From contig NC_042998.1 of the NCBI RefSeq assembly GCF_006345805.1, positions 133,362,001 through 133,426,000 of the forward strand: 64,000 bases of DNA, given 5' to 3'. A program made the translations under genes and the position numbers. Position 1 is the stretch's first letter. The number at the start of each line of letters is the position of its first letter. This document shows, piece by piece, positions 38,500 to 51,659 of the stretch. Origin of the DNA: Octopus sinensis (taxonomy: Eukaryota). The notes under the pieces were generated by a model. It saw only the letters and a program-made list of their open reading frames with translations, searched no databases and was not told the origin of the DNA.

Positions 38500-39150
38500 T
38501 ATGGTTTCAATATGTTTCGGGTCTTTCAACACGCATCCCAACTGGAGTTGTCTATCCTCATCGCGAGCTTTGTCTCCCGACAGCAATACTCCGTCCATGG
38601 CTTACACCTGATGATTTACAGCCGCTTTGAAGCAACGATTGCTGCCTCAGTAACCAACTTAATGGTTTTTGCGTGTTACATCTTGTTATGCGCATGACGT
38701 TGCAGGATCTGAAAAGAACTGGCTTGCGAACTGGTTTCACCCTGCTTTAATGAGATGTCCCTTTGTTTGACTACTGTTGTTGCCATCAACTCACGATATT
38801 TTGATATCATTCTCTAGTTTGTCTTGGATAACAGCATTGAGAAATGGAGAGGCCTAACAGAACCAACTACTTAGCTGCTTCAAATATCAATTGTGTGTGC
38901 TGAGAAGAATGTCTTAAGTTGCTTGAATCAGGGTTTCGATGGGGCTCCACTATCCTAAGCTCAGATCACGAGATGGTTGCTCCCATTTTAACCAGGCTTC
39001 CTGCCGCTGCATTCGAATACTACTGCTAGATCCCTCTGCCTCATTTTAATCAGGATCAGTAATTTCGCAGCCTTTCGCTGCTTCTCGGTATAGTAAAATG
39101 TTGTTCTGCTACCCTGGTCATTCCAACTGCGTGTCACTACACCCAACTAG
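38500..39150 (+). pseudogene. Possible decayed APE endonuclease of a LINE
   Basis: Weak WRGPN, QI.CVLR and SSDHEMV motifs in the expected order. Confidence 0.3.
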
Positions 39151-40334
39151 TACTGCTTTGATTGCTTTCTCTCGTAAGACAAATAATGCCTTTTCAAGGA
39201 TTGTATATTAATATGATACATCATATTAAGAATTATATTTAAGAATTATATAGAAGAATTATATTTAAACTGAAATCCACAAAGACAGACTGCTGTGAGA
39301 GAAGAGTTATCCAATAGATTATTTCTTGCTAAGAATTTTTTTCTACTATTGTCATTGTTTAGTCCCAAGATGACCCTGATTGAGATAATCTACTTGTGAT
39401 CAACTGTTTTTTTTTAAATCTAATTTGTCCTATGTTTTAAAATGGTAGAGTACCATTTGAGTGGGATTTAGCTAGAAGGATTTAGCAGAGTTGTAAGATG
39501 GGGCAAATGTAATCATGAAAATACTATACAGACCGACGAAGGGAATCGATCTTGAACTGGATCCGAAAAAGTTCCAAGATTATGCACTACATAGGAGATG
39601 ACTTTGGGGGCTCAACCCACATCTGCGTCTCACTGTCTCGAGACCTTTACCACTAGTGTCTTTTGTCTGTCAGTATCGCAACCCAGTGGTGGACTTGGAA
39701 GTAGTTCCTTTCAATATTGTTATCCTCGAACTAGACTGGATAGCTCTATTACCAAATGCTTAAACAGAGCAAGTTACACATTAAGAGAGCTGAAGACGAG
39801 GCTATTAAATTCAATACTTTTGTTAGAGTATATGGTAGGATTTAAGCATGTGCAGCCTGATTAAATTTCATATAAACAGAACACAAACATCAGTTACGCA
39901 ATGTAAATATATGTATGCACGTATATGCAGAAGCGTGCGCGTGTACGTGTGAGACAGAGTCTACATGTATCTATGTGCGTTCTACATTCACATATGAATG
40001 ACTGACAAATTTTCAAGCTAGAGATGCAGTCCAACTGGGAGCCATAAAACTAGCATAAGCCTATGTTGTGTAGTAATATCTCATTTCCATCTGATAGAAA
40101 AGAACACACAAACATACTCACACACACATATACACGCGCACGCACATGCTCTCACACACAAGCATGTATATGTGCATACCTATGGGCTAACATACATGCA
40201 TATGTACATACATACATTCACACACACATACATACATACATGCATACATACATACATACATACATACATACATACATACATACATACATACATGCATGCA
40301 TACATACATACATACATGCATACATGCATATATA

Positions 40335-41170
40335 GAGTTTGCGGTGAATAAACTGTCGTCTAAATTACATAAAAATGAAAATAACATTGACATCTCATTT
40401 TATAAGTTATATTTACCAAAATTACATTAAAATGTCTTGAAATACTAATGAGTAAATTTATTCAATAAAATCGCTATTGGCTTCAACCACGGCCTCCAGG
40501 CGACTTAAGAATCTCCTGCAACACTTCTGGACGGTTTCCTTCTTTCAGTTGGCGAATGCTGCCATAATCCTTACCTTCAGTTCAAAGAGTTTTTTTGGTG
40601 TCCCGCTCGACTGCGCCTCATACATAATAAAGAGGGCTGCAGTCTGAGAGTTAGGTGGCGAGATGATGGGGATGATGTAGTCGCAGAAATTGTCTAACAA
40701 CCATGCTGGGCTCTCCTGCTTGTGTGGCATGGTGCAGAGACCTGTTGCCAGATACAAGGTCTTCTAGCAGCCACCCTCTTGACCCAGGGCAGCACTATCA
40801 CCTCCAGGCACTTGATGTAGGCCTCTGTGTTGAGGCTGAGCCCGACTGGGAAGATGAAAGGAGGCATAACGTCACCATCACTAATGATTTTTATTTTTAT
40901 CACTCTCGGTACATGTCCTTACATTGCGCTGTACTCATATTGATACCCAAATACTCTGCAATGTTTGCATTTGAGCTTCCGGCGCGAATGTCAAGCAGTA
41001 CAACATGCCGTTTCCAAATTTCTGGATTTGCGTCATCATGCTGTTTTTTTTCCCTTGACTGTGTCTAACTGACCCTAGAATACAGTGTAGCCAACAAAAT
41101 CAAAAAGAAACAATGCACATGCGCGAAATAAAAAAATATACAATGGAGCCAATTTACCCATCGCATTGTG
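40335..41170 (-). mobile_element. Internally deleted maT (DD37D) mariner-like element, copy 2, with both imperfect TIRs
   Basis: SDGDVMPPFIFP.GL.LNTEAYIKCLE..VLPWVKRVAA.RP..WQQ.SAPCHTSRR...PPNS...ELKVRIMAAF...RLEAVVEANSDFIE*. Confidence 0.88.
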
Positions 41171-41189
41171 TGTGTGTGTGCGTGTGTGT

Positions 41190-41580
<391 letters not shown>

Positions 41581-41739
41581 CACATATTGTATTGAATATA
41601 TTACTGTGTTATACTTGTGTCTATTCTTTTCACAATTCTTTCATATTTTGATAAATATTCCTTACCTGTACTCCTGTCTGCTCCCATACTAATCGTTTCT
41701 TTTGTAAATGTAGTCATTTCACCCCTCCCATCAAATGCA

Positions 41740-43230
41740 TACTCTACATTAGTGCCTTTCCAATGCAACTCTAGTAACCTGATATAGACACGCCAATGTA
41801 ATTTTATCTAAATTGGGCATACCGGCTACCAACAGCTTCACGAAGCACTTCAGGGAAATCTAATATGGCAACGGGTCGTCATATGCTCGACATTTCCGCT
41901 CTGCCGATCATTCCACCAAAACTTTCTCGGGCTTTGGTGTATACATCATCGCCAGATTTCAACCTACTCGGCTCTAGAGAGAACAGGAGCTCATTTTCTT
42001 TCTCCAGTCTTATACGCCTTCGCTTTCAACCCTCCGCTTCAATTCTAACGTATATTTTCTCTCAACTTGCTCTGTCACTATATACTTCTCCCTTTGTTTC
42101 TCTTCTTCTCCCACGCTGATCCCATGCACCAACTCACACCCTGTCCTACTACACAAATCTTACTGCATATTTACCTCACACCAACGCACTCGTCCTCAAA
42201 ACACCAACATTGTTATGAGATACACACATCCCTCCCGGCCACCACCCTTCCCCATACACCTCTCGCACATATTCTTCTACAACTTTGTCTCTTTGCCGCA
42301 AGCACGTACTTCGTTTCATTTTACCAGATTCTCTTCTTTATGGATTATACTAATTCCTTCTCCTCCTTGGACACACCATGAGCCTAGTTCTGTGATTTCT
42401 TTAAAAAACTCTTCACATTTCTCCTCGTCGCATAGATAATACTTTTTAATATTTTACTTTTTACATTTTTTCCCGTATAAAATCGTTCCATACTTATACA
42501 CTTGCACACACATCTATCACCTTTGGACATTCCATCCAACGTCACCGGATTTACTATAATTTGTAGCTTTTGAATAACTTTTCTTTGACGTTTCTTCTCT
42601 CAGAGAATCCCTACGATTCCTTTCTAGCTTTTTTTAGTTCATACATTCCTTCCATAGAAAGCCGATTCATACTTATACTCGTGCAGACACACCTATTACA
42701 CATTTCACATTCCTGTTGCCTTCCCATTGGTCTTGTGCTTTCACGCACACCCATGCCATTCTATTCATTATCTCACCAAGCACACACTTAACAATTACAC
42801 ACATACTCACACGCAACCGATATATTAAATCCCTACTAACTTACACCACTATACATTTGCATTTGTACACTTCTAATCACACACACACACCCACGCACAA
42901 ACACACACACGCGCGCGCACACACGAAATATTACACACCACTATTTCTATGCTCACTTCCAAACTCGGGTATACTCCTATACATAAACATGCGCACCAGC
43001 ATCTTCCTCGCTTCTCAACTGGCCCCATAGGACCGTATTCCTACCTGGTTCCGACAATCTCGTCCCTTTTTCTCTTACGAATATTCCTCTTACTCATTCC
43101 TCCTGCGCATATCCTTTCTTTCTGATGAAGAACTAACGTCCGAAACGTTGATGCGTTTTCCTTTTCTTTTCGTTAAAGAGATATGCTAATATCATATTTC
43201 TTAAATCTTGTCCTTCCTTTCTTATCCTTT
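41740..43230 (+). mobile_element. Penelope-like element 3' remnant (GIY-YIG plus long 3' region)
   Basis: FQCNSSNLI...IGHTG...FNPPLQF across frameshifts, followed ~1.1 kb later by a hammerhead-like motif. Confidence 0.65.
43118..43152 (+). ncRNA. Partly decayed minimal hammerhead motif
   Basis: CUGAUGA-A-GAAC UAAC GUCC-GAAA-CGUU; one mismatch in stem II; stem I poor. Confidence 0.45.
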
Positions 43231-44061
43231 AATATTGTTCATTGGATTAGCAATGTGTGGGGGAGCGGAACATGTAAAATCCAGGCGAAATGTTTCCTAA
43301 CTATCTGATCCTCTGATGAAATAATTTGAATTTTTAAAGCATTGATACTTTGTGTAGCTAACCGTGAGCTACAAAATTTTTTATTACCTTATCGAACTTC
43401 GATATGGGAAAAAAATACAATCATCGATGTCAATAAATTATTATTGTTCCTGAACGTTGTTTTTTTAATTTTTTATACACACCAAGGACTGCTCAAAGCT
43501 TATAAATATTCTATGCTTAGATCCTTGGATCTTACAATTACATCGATAGATAGATAGATAATAACGATCTTTGAGAGAGAGTGTGAGTGCATATGCATAT
43601 ATATGTGTGTATGTATACGCACACGCACATACACTCACACACACGCACACATAGACGACAGTCATATCTACGTGTATGCATATACATATACGTACGCTCG
43701 TGCATCGCACATGCATTTATGCATATGTAATAGATTACCTGCATTATGATTGTGTGAGCTGCGTGTCTCTGTGAGAAGACAATACCCTGAAAGGGCTATA
43801 TAATTGCTTCCAAGAACAATTGATCTCTTTCCTTTCCTTTGTGATCCAGATATCCATCTACAACCCTTCCGTCCTCTCGCCACTCGTTCAACAATCCATC
43901 AACCTACCTGTTCACAACTCCACACATCTCCCTGTCCTTGCCCGTTTCCCTAGGCCACAGTCGGCAATCTACTCCACTTAAGACAATTAACGATTGTTGC
44001 GTTGCTCCTTTCACGCGCATTATCGATCCCTCTTCTTCTTCTTTTCTTCTTCTTCTTCTTC

Positions 44062-44094
<33 letters not shown>

Positions 44095-44096
44095 TA

Positions 44097-44130
<34 letters not shown>

Positions 44131-44324
44131 CTATTTATTTATTTATTTATATCTTTCTTTCTTACATCATCATCATCCTGTATTTACTTTCGTTTCCTTT
44201 TCATTCTTTGTATTCTTTTCCTTCGTTATCTTTCTTATCAGCTTCCTTTTGCTTTTTCTATCTCTTTATCTTAAATTATTAATAATGTTTTTATTATTAT
44301 CATTATTGTTGTTGTTTTAAAGAC

Positions 44325-44724
44325 AGATAACGTATTTAGCTGCATTTCGTCCGTTTTCACGTTCTTAGTTTAAATGACGCCGAAATGTTTTCTTTCATCC
44401 TTTCAGTGTCCCAATCAACTAATCCCTCCCACAAAATTTCAGTCCTTGTGCCTGTAGCAGAAAGGATTAAAATCAATATTTTTATTATTATAATTATTAT
44501 TGTTGCCGTAAAGGCGGTGCGCTGGCAGAATCGTTAGCACGCCGGGCAAAATGTCTAGCGGTATTTCGCCTGTCGCTATGCTCTGAGTTTAAATTCCGCC
44601 GTGGCCGACGTAACACTGGGGTCGATGTAATCAGCTATTCTCCTCCCACCAAATTTCAAGCCTTGTGCCTACAGAAGAATGGATTCTTCTTCTTCTTCTT
44701 CTTCTTCTTCTTCTTCTTCTTCTC

Positions 44725-44782
<58 letters not shown>

Positions 44783-45185
44783 CATTATTATTATTATTAT
44801 CATCATCATTGTATAGGCGGTAAGCTGGCAGAATCGTTAGCATACTGGACCGAATACTTAGCATTATTTCGCCCGTCGTCACGTTCCGAGTTCAAATTCC
44901 ACCGATGTCGACTTTACCTTTCATCCTTTCGGGGTCGATATATTAAGTACCAGTTTCCTCCTGCCCCCAAATTTCAGGCTTTGTACCTATAGTAGAACTG
45001 ATTATTATTAATATAAAGTCAGGGAGCTAGAAAAATGCTTAGCGGCATTTTGTCTGTTCTTGCGTTATGAGTTCAAATTCCGCCGGGATCGACTTTGTCT
45101 TTCATCATTTTGGGGTTAATTCAATTGACTAAGCCCTACCGCAAGTTTTCTGGCCCTGTGCCAAACTTTAGAAAAATTATTATCA
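44325..45185 (+). mobile_element. Array of four head-to-tail family A SINEs separated by (ATT)n/(CTT)n
   Basis: Units at ~44325, ~44512, ~44816 and ~45015. Confidence 0.82.
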
Positions 45186-45547
45186 TTGTTGTTGTGGTCT
45201 TCGTTGCCGTTATTTTTGCGTCTATTGTTGTTCCTAGAGTTGTTAACAATCCTGAACAGGATTTTAAGCGCGGTGATGATGATAGTGAAGAGAATAGTGA
45301 TGGTGCTGAGTTGAACAGCGTAGAGGGAAAAAGTAAATCATATTTGTCGTTTTGTTTTCTTATTTACTTACTCGCGTTATATATACGGTATATGTTTGTG
45401 TATGAGGATGAATTTGAAGGCGTCTGCATATGACGTGTATTTATCAGAGATGTGTAGGCGACTTGTGTATGTATGTCTATGTGTTGTTAGGTAAGTGTTT
45501 ACGTGCATCTTTTAAAGCATAGCCAGGCTCATGGGCCCAGTTTTCCA

Positions 45548-45742
45548 TTTTCTATGGCGTATGTGTTCCCCAGCTGGAGGGGACGCCAGCCCATCGCAGC
45601 GTTACTCATTTTTGCCTCCTGAATGCAACGTGAAATGAAGTGTTTTGCTCAAGAACACAACGCGTCGCTCGGTCCAGGAATCGAAACCACAATCTTATGA
45701 TCATGGTGCTGACACTCTAACCACTAAGCCACCCGGCTCCAC
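45548..45742 (-). mobile_element. CORE-type SINE family C
   Basis: Reverse complement begins GGTGGCTTAGTGGTTAGAGTG with B-box GGTTTCGATTCC and TGTGTTCTTGAGCAAAACAC. Confidence 0.75.
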
Positions 45743-45769
45743 TATATATAAATACATACATACATACAT

Positions 45770-46200
45770 TATGGCTGCACCCTCGTTATCGAGTATGGCC
45801 ATTGCACGAAGCTTAACTGTTACTGGTGCTGTGGTCGAATGTGACTTTTTAGCCTAGCTAAAGATCTACTATGTCTTATACAGAATTGGCAACTAAAACC
45901 TTTACCGGTAATAGCTGGCTGTAGTTGTAACTGGGCTTCATGTACCTTTGCATGTCGTTTAAGTCCTCCTGTTGAATTACACTCTCTTCCACATGCCCGC
46001 CAGATATGATTAGTATGGTGTGTTACACCACCACCAGTGGCCAGGTTGTCACTCATCTGTCTCGCTTTATGACTACGAAAATGACTCTTGAGTCCAGCTT
46101 TACTGAGGCAGGGTCAGCGTCATAGGATGACCCTTCCCATCTGGAAGTGTAACAGCGATGCCCTTCCTGACATCTCTTCTTACTTTCTCGTGTGCAACTC
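45770..46200 (-). mobile_element. 3' end of an RTE-like LINE with C-terminal C2H2 zinc-finger repeats
   Basis: RVAHEKVRRDVRKG...CLSKAGLKSHFRSH...RACGRECNSTGGLKRHAKVH...CQFCIRHSRSLARLKSHIRPQH; short 3' UTR ending CTCGATAACGAGGTGCAGCCATAATG. Confidence 0.7.
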
Positions 46201-46596
46201 GAGATTTCTCATACATACATACATACATACATACAAACATACATATATATGTGTGTGTATGTGTGTGTGTGCGTGCGTGCGCGCGCATGTTTGTGTAAGA
46301 CTGTATGTATGTTTTCTGTCTATTTTTGTGTTGAAGTATTGTGACAAAAATATATTAATATTTGCCTGTTTCTTTATGCATATTTTTTGAGTGAGTTATA
46401 GTACTAAATTTTGTAACTTGTACATACAGAACATCAATTGCCATGATCACAGCCTTTCTAACTCAGCTTATTTCTCCATGTACATAGACAACTAACTTTC
46501 TAGCAACATGTGGATATAAACTCTGTGTGTGTGTGTGTTTGTGTGTTTGTTTGTCTGTATGTATGATTATGTATATGATTATATATATGTATATAT

Positions 46597-46915
46597 AGTG
46601 AAGGTGCCTGGCTTAGTGGTTAGAGAGTCGGGCTCACAATCATAAGGTAGTGAGTTCGATTCTCGGCGCGGGTTGTGTGTTGTGTTCTTGAGCAAGACGA
46701 TTTATTTCATGTTGATTCAGTTCACTCGGTTGTAGAAATGAGTGGAAACATCACTGGTGTCAAGCTGTATCGGCTTTTACTTTTCTCTTGGATAACGTCA
46801 GTAGCATAGAAAGGGCAGGCTGGTGCTCACGAGTAATAGCTGGTCTTCCGCAAGCAACCTTACCCAGACCTGTGCCACGAAGAGGAACTTTCTAGGTCCA
46901 ATCCGATGGTCATTC
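46597..46915 (+). mobile_element. CORE-type SINE family C
   Basis: TGGCTTAGTGGTTAG A-box, GAGTTCGATTCT B-box, TGTGTTCTTGAGCAAGAC core. Confidence 0.78.
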
Positions 46916-47124
46916 ATGACCAAAGGAGTATTTACTCTTTGATATATATGTGTGTGTGTGTGTGTTTGTGTGTGTGTGTGGTGTGTGTGTTTGTGTGTGT
47001 ATGTATGTTTGTGTGTGTGTGTACTTATATACAGATTCACACACACACGGTGATATATGCAACTATATATTATATATACATGCATATAATAACGATAATA
47101 ATAATAATAATAACAATAATAAAA

Positions 47125-47325
47125 TATTCAGACAAATACACAACAAAAACACCAGGACTTACAAACACATATAACATACAGAAAATTGCACTACTAGGCA
47201 CTGCACACATCCTACGCAGAACACTTTCCATACAATAACCATCAGAGCATCACAACAAATCACAGCACATACCCAAGGCATACAGAGCTGCGCTCGGTAG
47301 TGATGTGAAAGCACGCTATAAGAAA

Positions 47326-47326
<1 letters not shown>
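47125..47326 (+). mobile_element. Short 3' end of a second R4/Dong-like LINE inside (TAA)n
   Basis: KYTTKTPGLTNTYNIQKIALLGTAHILRRTLSIQ*; AAT arrays on both flanks. Confidence 0.82.
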
Positions 47327-47386
<60 letters not shown>

Positions 47387-47759
47387 TTAATAATAATTAA
47401 AATAATAATAATTTTTAGCCAAAATAAATATTTAACCCTACCAGTTCTTTCGAGTTGCTAATTGTTTAGACTTAAGCAAACAATCATCGTTTCTATTATT
47501 GTTGTTGTTGTAGTTGTTGTTCTTATTGTTGCTATTGTTGTTGTTGCTGTATTTGTATACTTATATAAGTATTCCTCTATGTGCATGTGTAAATACGTAT
47601 TTGTTTATATGTTTGTAATTACGCATGTATATGTTTACTCATATTGTGCATTATCAGCACGCTCACAGCATGGATATATAAACACGGAGAAATTCCATCA
47701 AGCTATATCCGGATTAACCACAACAGCTAATTTCATCACCACAACACCAGAGTTGCCAA

Positions 47760-47799
47760 TACTACTACAACAACAACAACAACAACAGCAACAACAACA

Positions 47800-47831
<32 letters not shown>

Positions 47832-47838
47832 GACTACG

Positions 47839-47900
<62 letters not shown>

Positions 47901-48080
47901 CCAGTACTACAATCAGATTTGCTGCTGCTACTACCATCAGACCAGGTATCATCATCCTCATCATCACCATCACTGTCATCTTCGTCATTATTATCATCAC
48001 CAACAGCAACAGAGCAGGTACAGCTGCAGCAGTAGCAGGTACAGCTGCAGCAGTAGCAGTTGCAGCAACAGCAACAATAA
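47760..48080. repeat. (CAA)n/(CTA)n/(CAT)n/(GCA)n trinucleotide block
   Basis: Read directly. Confidence 0.9.
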
Positions 48081-48189
48081 CAGCACTGGGCTCAGTTCCC
48101 TTAAAATAGCTGGATTTATATCTTTGATTGCAATTCATTCGACTAATATAACTCTAAGTAACTTAGTCGAACGAATGAACCCCAGGATT

Positions 48190-48298
48190 TTCTTTACTTT
48201 TGAAGCCTCATACTTATTCTATTAATCTATTTCTGCCAGGCCGCCAGGTTACGGGACGGGGATATAAGCACACCAAAACCAATTGTCACATAGACACA

Positions 48299-48357
<59 letters not shown>

Positions 48358-48362
48358 CATAT

Positions 48363-48393
<31 letters not shown>

Positions 48394-48630
48394 ATTTCTA
48401 TTCCTGAGCGCCATACTAATACAATTGTTTGTTTGTCCTCCACCTGCCTTCGTCTTTTGTTTATTTTCGTAAACCCCCCCCCCATATATATATATATATA
48501 TATATATATTTCAGTTTCTGTCAACCAAATCCACTCACAAGGCGTTAGTCGGATCGAGGCCTAGAGTAGAAGATTCTTGCCCAAGGTGCCACGGAGTAAG
48601 TGTGAACTTGAAACTATGTGTCTTAACACA
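48190..48630 (-). mobile_element. SINE family B with internal (TA)/(CA) microsatellite, diverged
   Basis: Tail, microsatellite and head in minus-strand order. Confidence 0.75.
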
Positions 48631-48744
48631 CAGGCATGCCTGCACCTTCTTACTGTGTACTTCATCTCCCTGTAGTCGATAATATAAAGCACCAAGAGTT
48701 GTGGTTGAGGAAATCTATTAACCCAAACCATCTTGAATGTCTGT

Positions 48745-49194
48745 GGTAAGCTGGCAGAATCGTTAGCACGCCAGGGAAAAAGCTTAGCGGCATTTCGTCC
48801 ATCTGTATGTTTTTAGTTCAAATTTCGCGCAAAGGTGACTTTACCATCCTTTCGGGGTCGATAAAAGAAGTACCACTTGAGCACTGGGGTCGATGAAATT
48901 GATCATACCGCTTCCCCGAAATTTCTGGCCTTGTGCCAAAATTTGAAACCATTATTATCATTATTGTTGGTGATGTTGTTATCAATTCAGCGAGATAGCA
49001 GGATCACTAGCACACCGAGCCAAATGCTTAACAGCATTTCGTCCACCTTTGCGTTCTGACTTCAAATTCTGTCGAGATCGACTTTGCATTTAATCTTTTC
49101 CGTTTCGATGAAATAAGTACCATTTGAACACTGGAGTCGATGTAATCGACTAGTCTCCTCCTCCATAATTTCAGTTGTGCCTTTAGTAGAAAGG

Positions 49195-49274
<80 letters not shown>

Positions 49275-49485
49275 AGGCAGCGAGCTGACGAAATCTGAAG
49301 CATTCTGTACAAAATGCTTAGCGACATTTCTTCCGTTTTGACGTTCAAATCTCACCGAGGTCGACTTTACCTTTCATTCTTTTGAGGTCGATAAAATAAG
49401 TACCAGTGAAGCACTGGGGTCAATATAATCAACTTTTCATCCCCCAAAATTGCTGGCCTTGTGCCACAATTTGAAATCATTATTA
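48745..49485 (+). mobile_element. Array of three head-to-tail family A SINEs with (ATT)n spacers
   Basis: Units at ~48745, ~48985 and ~49273. Confidence 0.85.
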
Positions 49486-49789
49486 TTCGTCTTCGCTTTC
49501 TCCTTTCTTTTTCTTATTTATTTGGAATTATATATGCATACATGCGTCCAATGGACGGTGCTGAATCATAAAAGCAATCAGTGTTTTATTTTTATAAAAA
49601 AATAATTAAGCATGCCTTTATTTCAATAAAATTTTTGGTTTTGTTAAACAAGGTTAAGGCAAAAAAAAAATACTTCTTGAGAAACCAAATAGTCTTTCCT
49701 TCTTTCATGCCAAGTTTTAAGAAAATATCTCTTTTGCATCTTATTTTTTTGGTCTTTTAAATATTCTGTATTTTGTGGCATTATTTCAA

Positions 49790-50065
49790 GCCAGTCGGGT
49801 TTTTTTGCGCAAACTGCACGTGCATTTTCCTCGCGTACGCGTAGTATCAATCGCAATAGCTGATGCACTTGCGCCTACAAATGCACGTTCCCACGGCTTT
49901 ATCGATAGCATTCTCACCTGGAATCGATTTTTTAATTTTTTCAAGACTTATACACACCCTGATACCGTCGGTATCTACATATCACATTTGAGCGCAATCG
50001 GATGGAGGATGCCCGATATCCTAGAAGACACACAGACAGACAGAACGGATTTTAAATAATAGATA
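49790..50065 (-). mobile_element. Helitron/DINE-like non-autonomous element, 5' part
   Basis: Minus strand begins A|TCTATTATTTAAAATCCGTTCTGTCTGTCTG; 3' CTAG end not found. Confidence 0.4.
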
Positions 50066-50508
50066 TCCAATCTCCCCACACCTCTCTCCTCTTTCTTTCT
50101 ACCTCTGTGTTTAGCTCTCTGTCTGTCCGTCTGTCTTTCTCTCTCTCTCCCTTTCTGTGTATATGCGTGTAACTGAAAAAATGCAATACTCAACAAAGTA
50201 TACTGTGGTATTTCAATTCTATCACTTGCATTTACTGATCAAATTTTACTGATGTCTGTGTATGTCGCTCTACATTTGTCAATACAATAGGACGCAGTTA
50301 TGTATTGGTTTTTGTTCCATCCGTCAACTGTAGAAATACTTTAGAGAAATACTATAGAGACGCATTGATGTTCATTTTTGTGTTGTTTGAACTAGAAAGA
50401 AACTCAGTGACTGCAAACAATATAAGTTTTATAGACTGTAAAAATTAATGGAACTGATATTCAGCATGAACGGCTCAATGACTGAAAAACGAACCTGCTG
50501 CACACACA

Positions 50509-50558
<50 letters not shown>

Positions 50559-50908
50559 GAGGATTTTTATGACCCTTGTAGAGTAAAAAATAACACTTGC
50601 ATAATGAGAGCTCAGAACATAAAGAAGTGTTATTATATCCTTCGATTCGACACACCAGCATTTTGTTAAACATTCACGAAACGAAGAGGAGGATATTAAG
50701 ACACAAATTCAGAGACACCTACATACATAAACACAGATAGATACACACACACACACACACATGCTCGCACACAGATGCACTCACACACGCATGCATAGCT
50801 GCGTCGTCGAGGATATTGCTTCAGAAAGTGAAGTGTTTCTGGATCGCCATATCTCATAACTCGCTGTAGTGAGTAGAATTTGGATGACCGTAACCATTTT
50901 TAAGCCCA

Positions 50909-50996
<88 letters not shown>

Positions 50997-51239
50997 GTAG
51001 TTGAAGTATGTGGCTTGATTAGGGCGTTACATTCATGAACGCAGCATTGTGCTTTCAGTTTTGGGAGTAGATGTCGCATTGTGCTTTTGAATAAAACACC
51101 TAATTTCACGTTGTAACTGAGTAATCCTAAGACAGACCGGCGTCCCTCTCAAGGGAGGAATATATGTCACAGAATCCAGGAAACCAAACTTATAAGCCTA
51201 TGACTCGGGAAGATCCTTTGATATTTTTTGCTATATATA

Positions 51240-51403
51240 TAGGCACAGGAGTGGGTGTGTGGTAAGAAGCTTACTTACTAATCACATGGTTCCGGGTTCC
51301 GTCACACTGCGTGACACCTTGGGCAAGTGTCTTCTACTATAGCCTCGGACCGATCAAAGCCTTGTAATTGGATTTGGTAGACGGAAACTGAAACAATACC
51401 GTC

Positions 51404-51405
<2 letters not shown>
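51240..51405 (+). mobile_element. SINE family B head running into (TG)n
   Basis: AGGCACAGGAGTGGGTGTGTGGTAAG...ACACCTTGGGCAAGTGTCTTCTACTATAGCC. Confidence 0.85.
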
Positions 51406-51434
<29 letters not shown>

Positions 51435-51659
51435 TGTGTGTGTGTTGTATGTGCGTGGGTGTGCGTGCATGTGTGTACGCGTGTGTGTGTATGTGCACCA
51501 GTTAAAGCAGTGGTTTTTCAACCGTTGTTTGCCTATGGACCCAATTGATTCTTATCCATTTGATGTTTAGAAATCCTATTAAAAAAGTTTGAATTCAATA
51601 TTAGGAATTGTAGTTAAAATTTTAAAGATATTTTATGTATTATAAGTATAACCAATTTG

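Noticed and set aside
44325-45185. CRISPR-like repeat-spacer array
   Set aside because: Units are ~170-200-bp SINEs with microsatellite spacers in eukaryotic DNA; no cas genes
47462-48138. Poly-Q/L/S/C ORFs on both strands
   Set aside because: Trinucleotide repeat block with no domain or splice support
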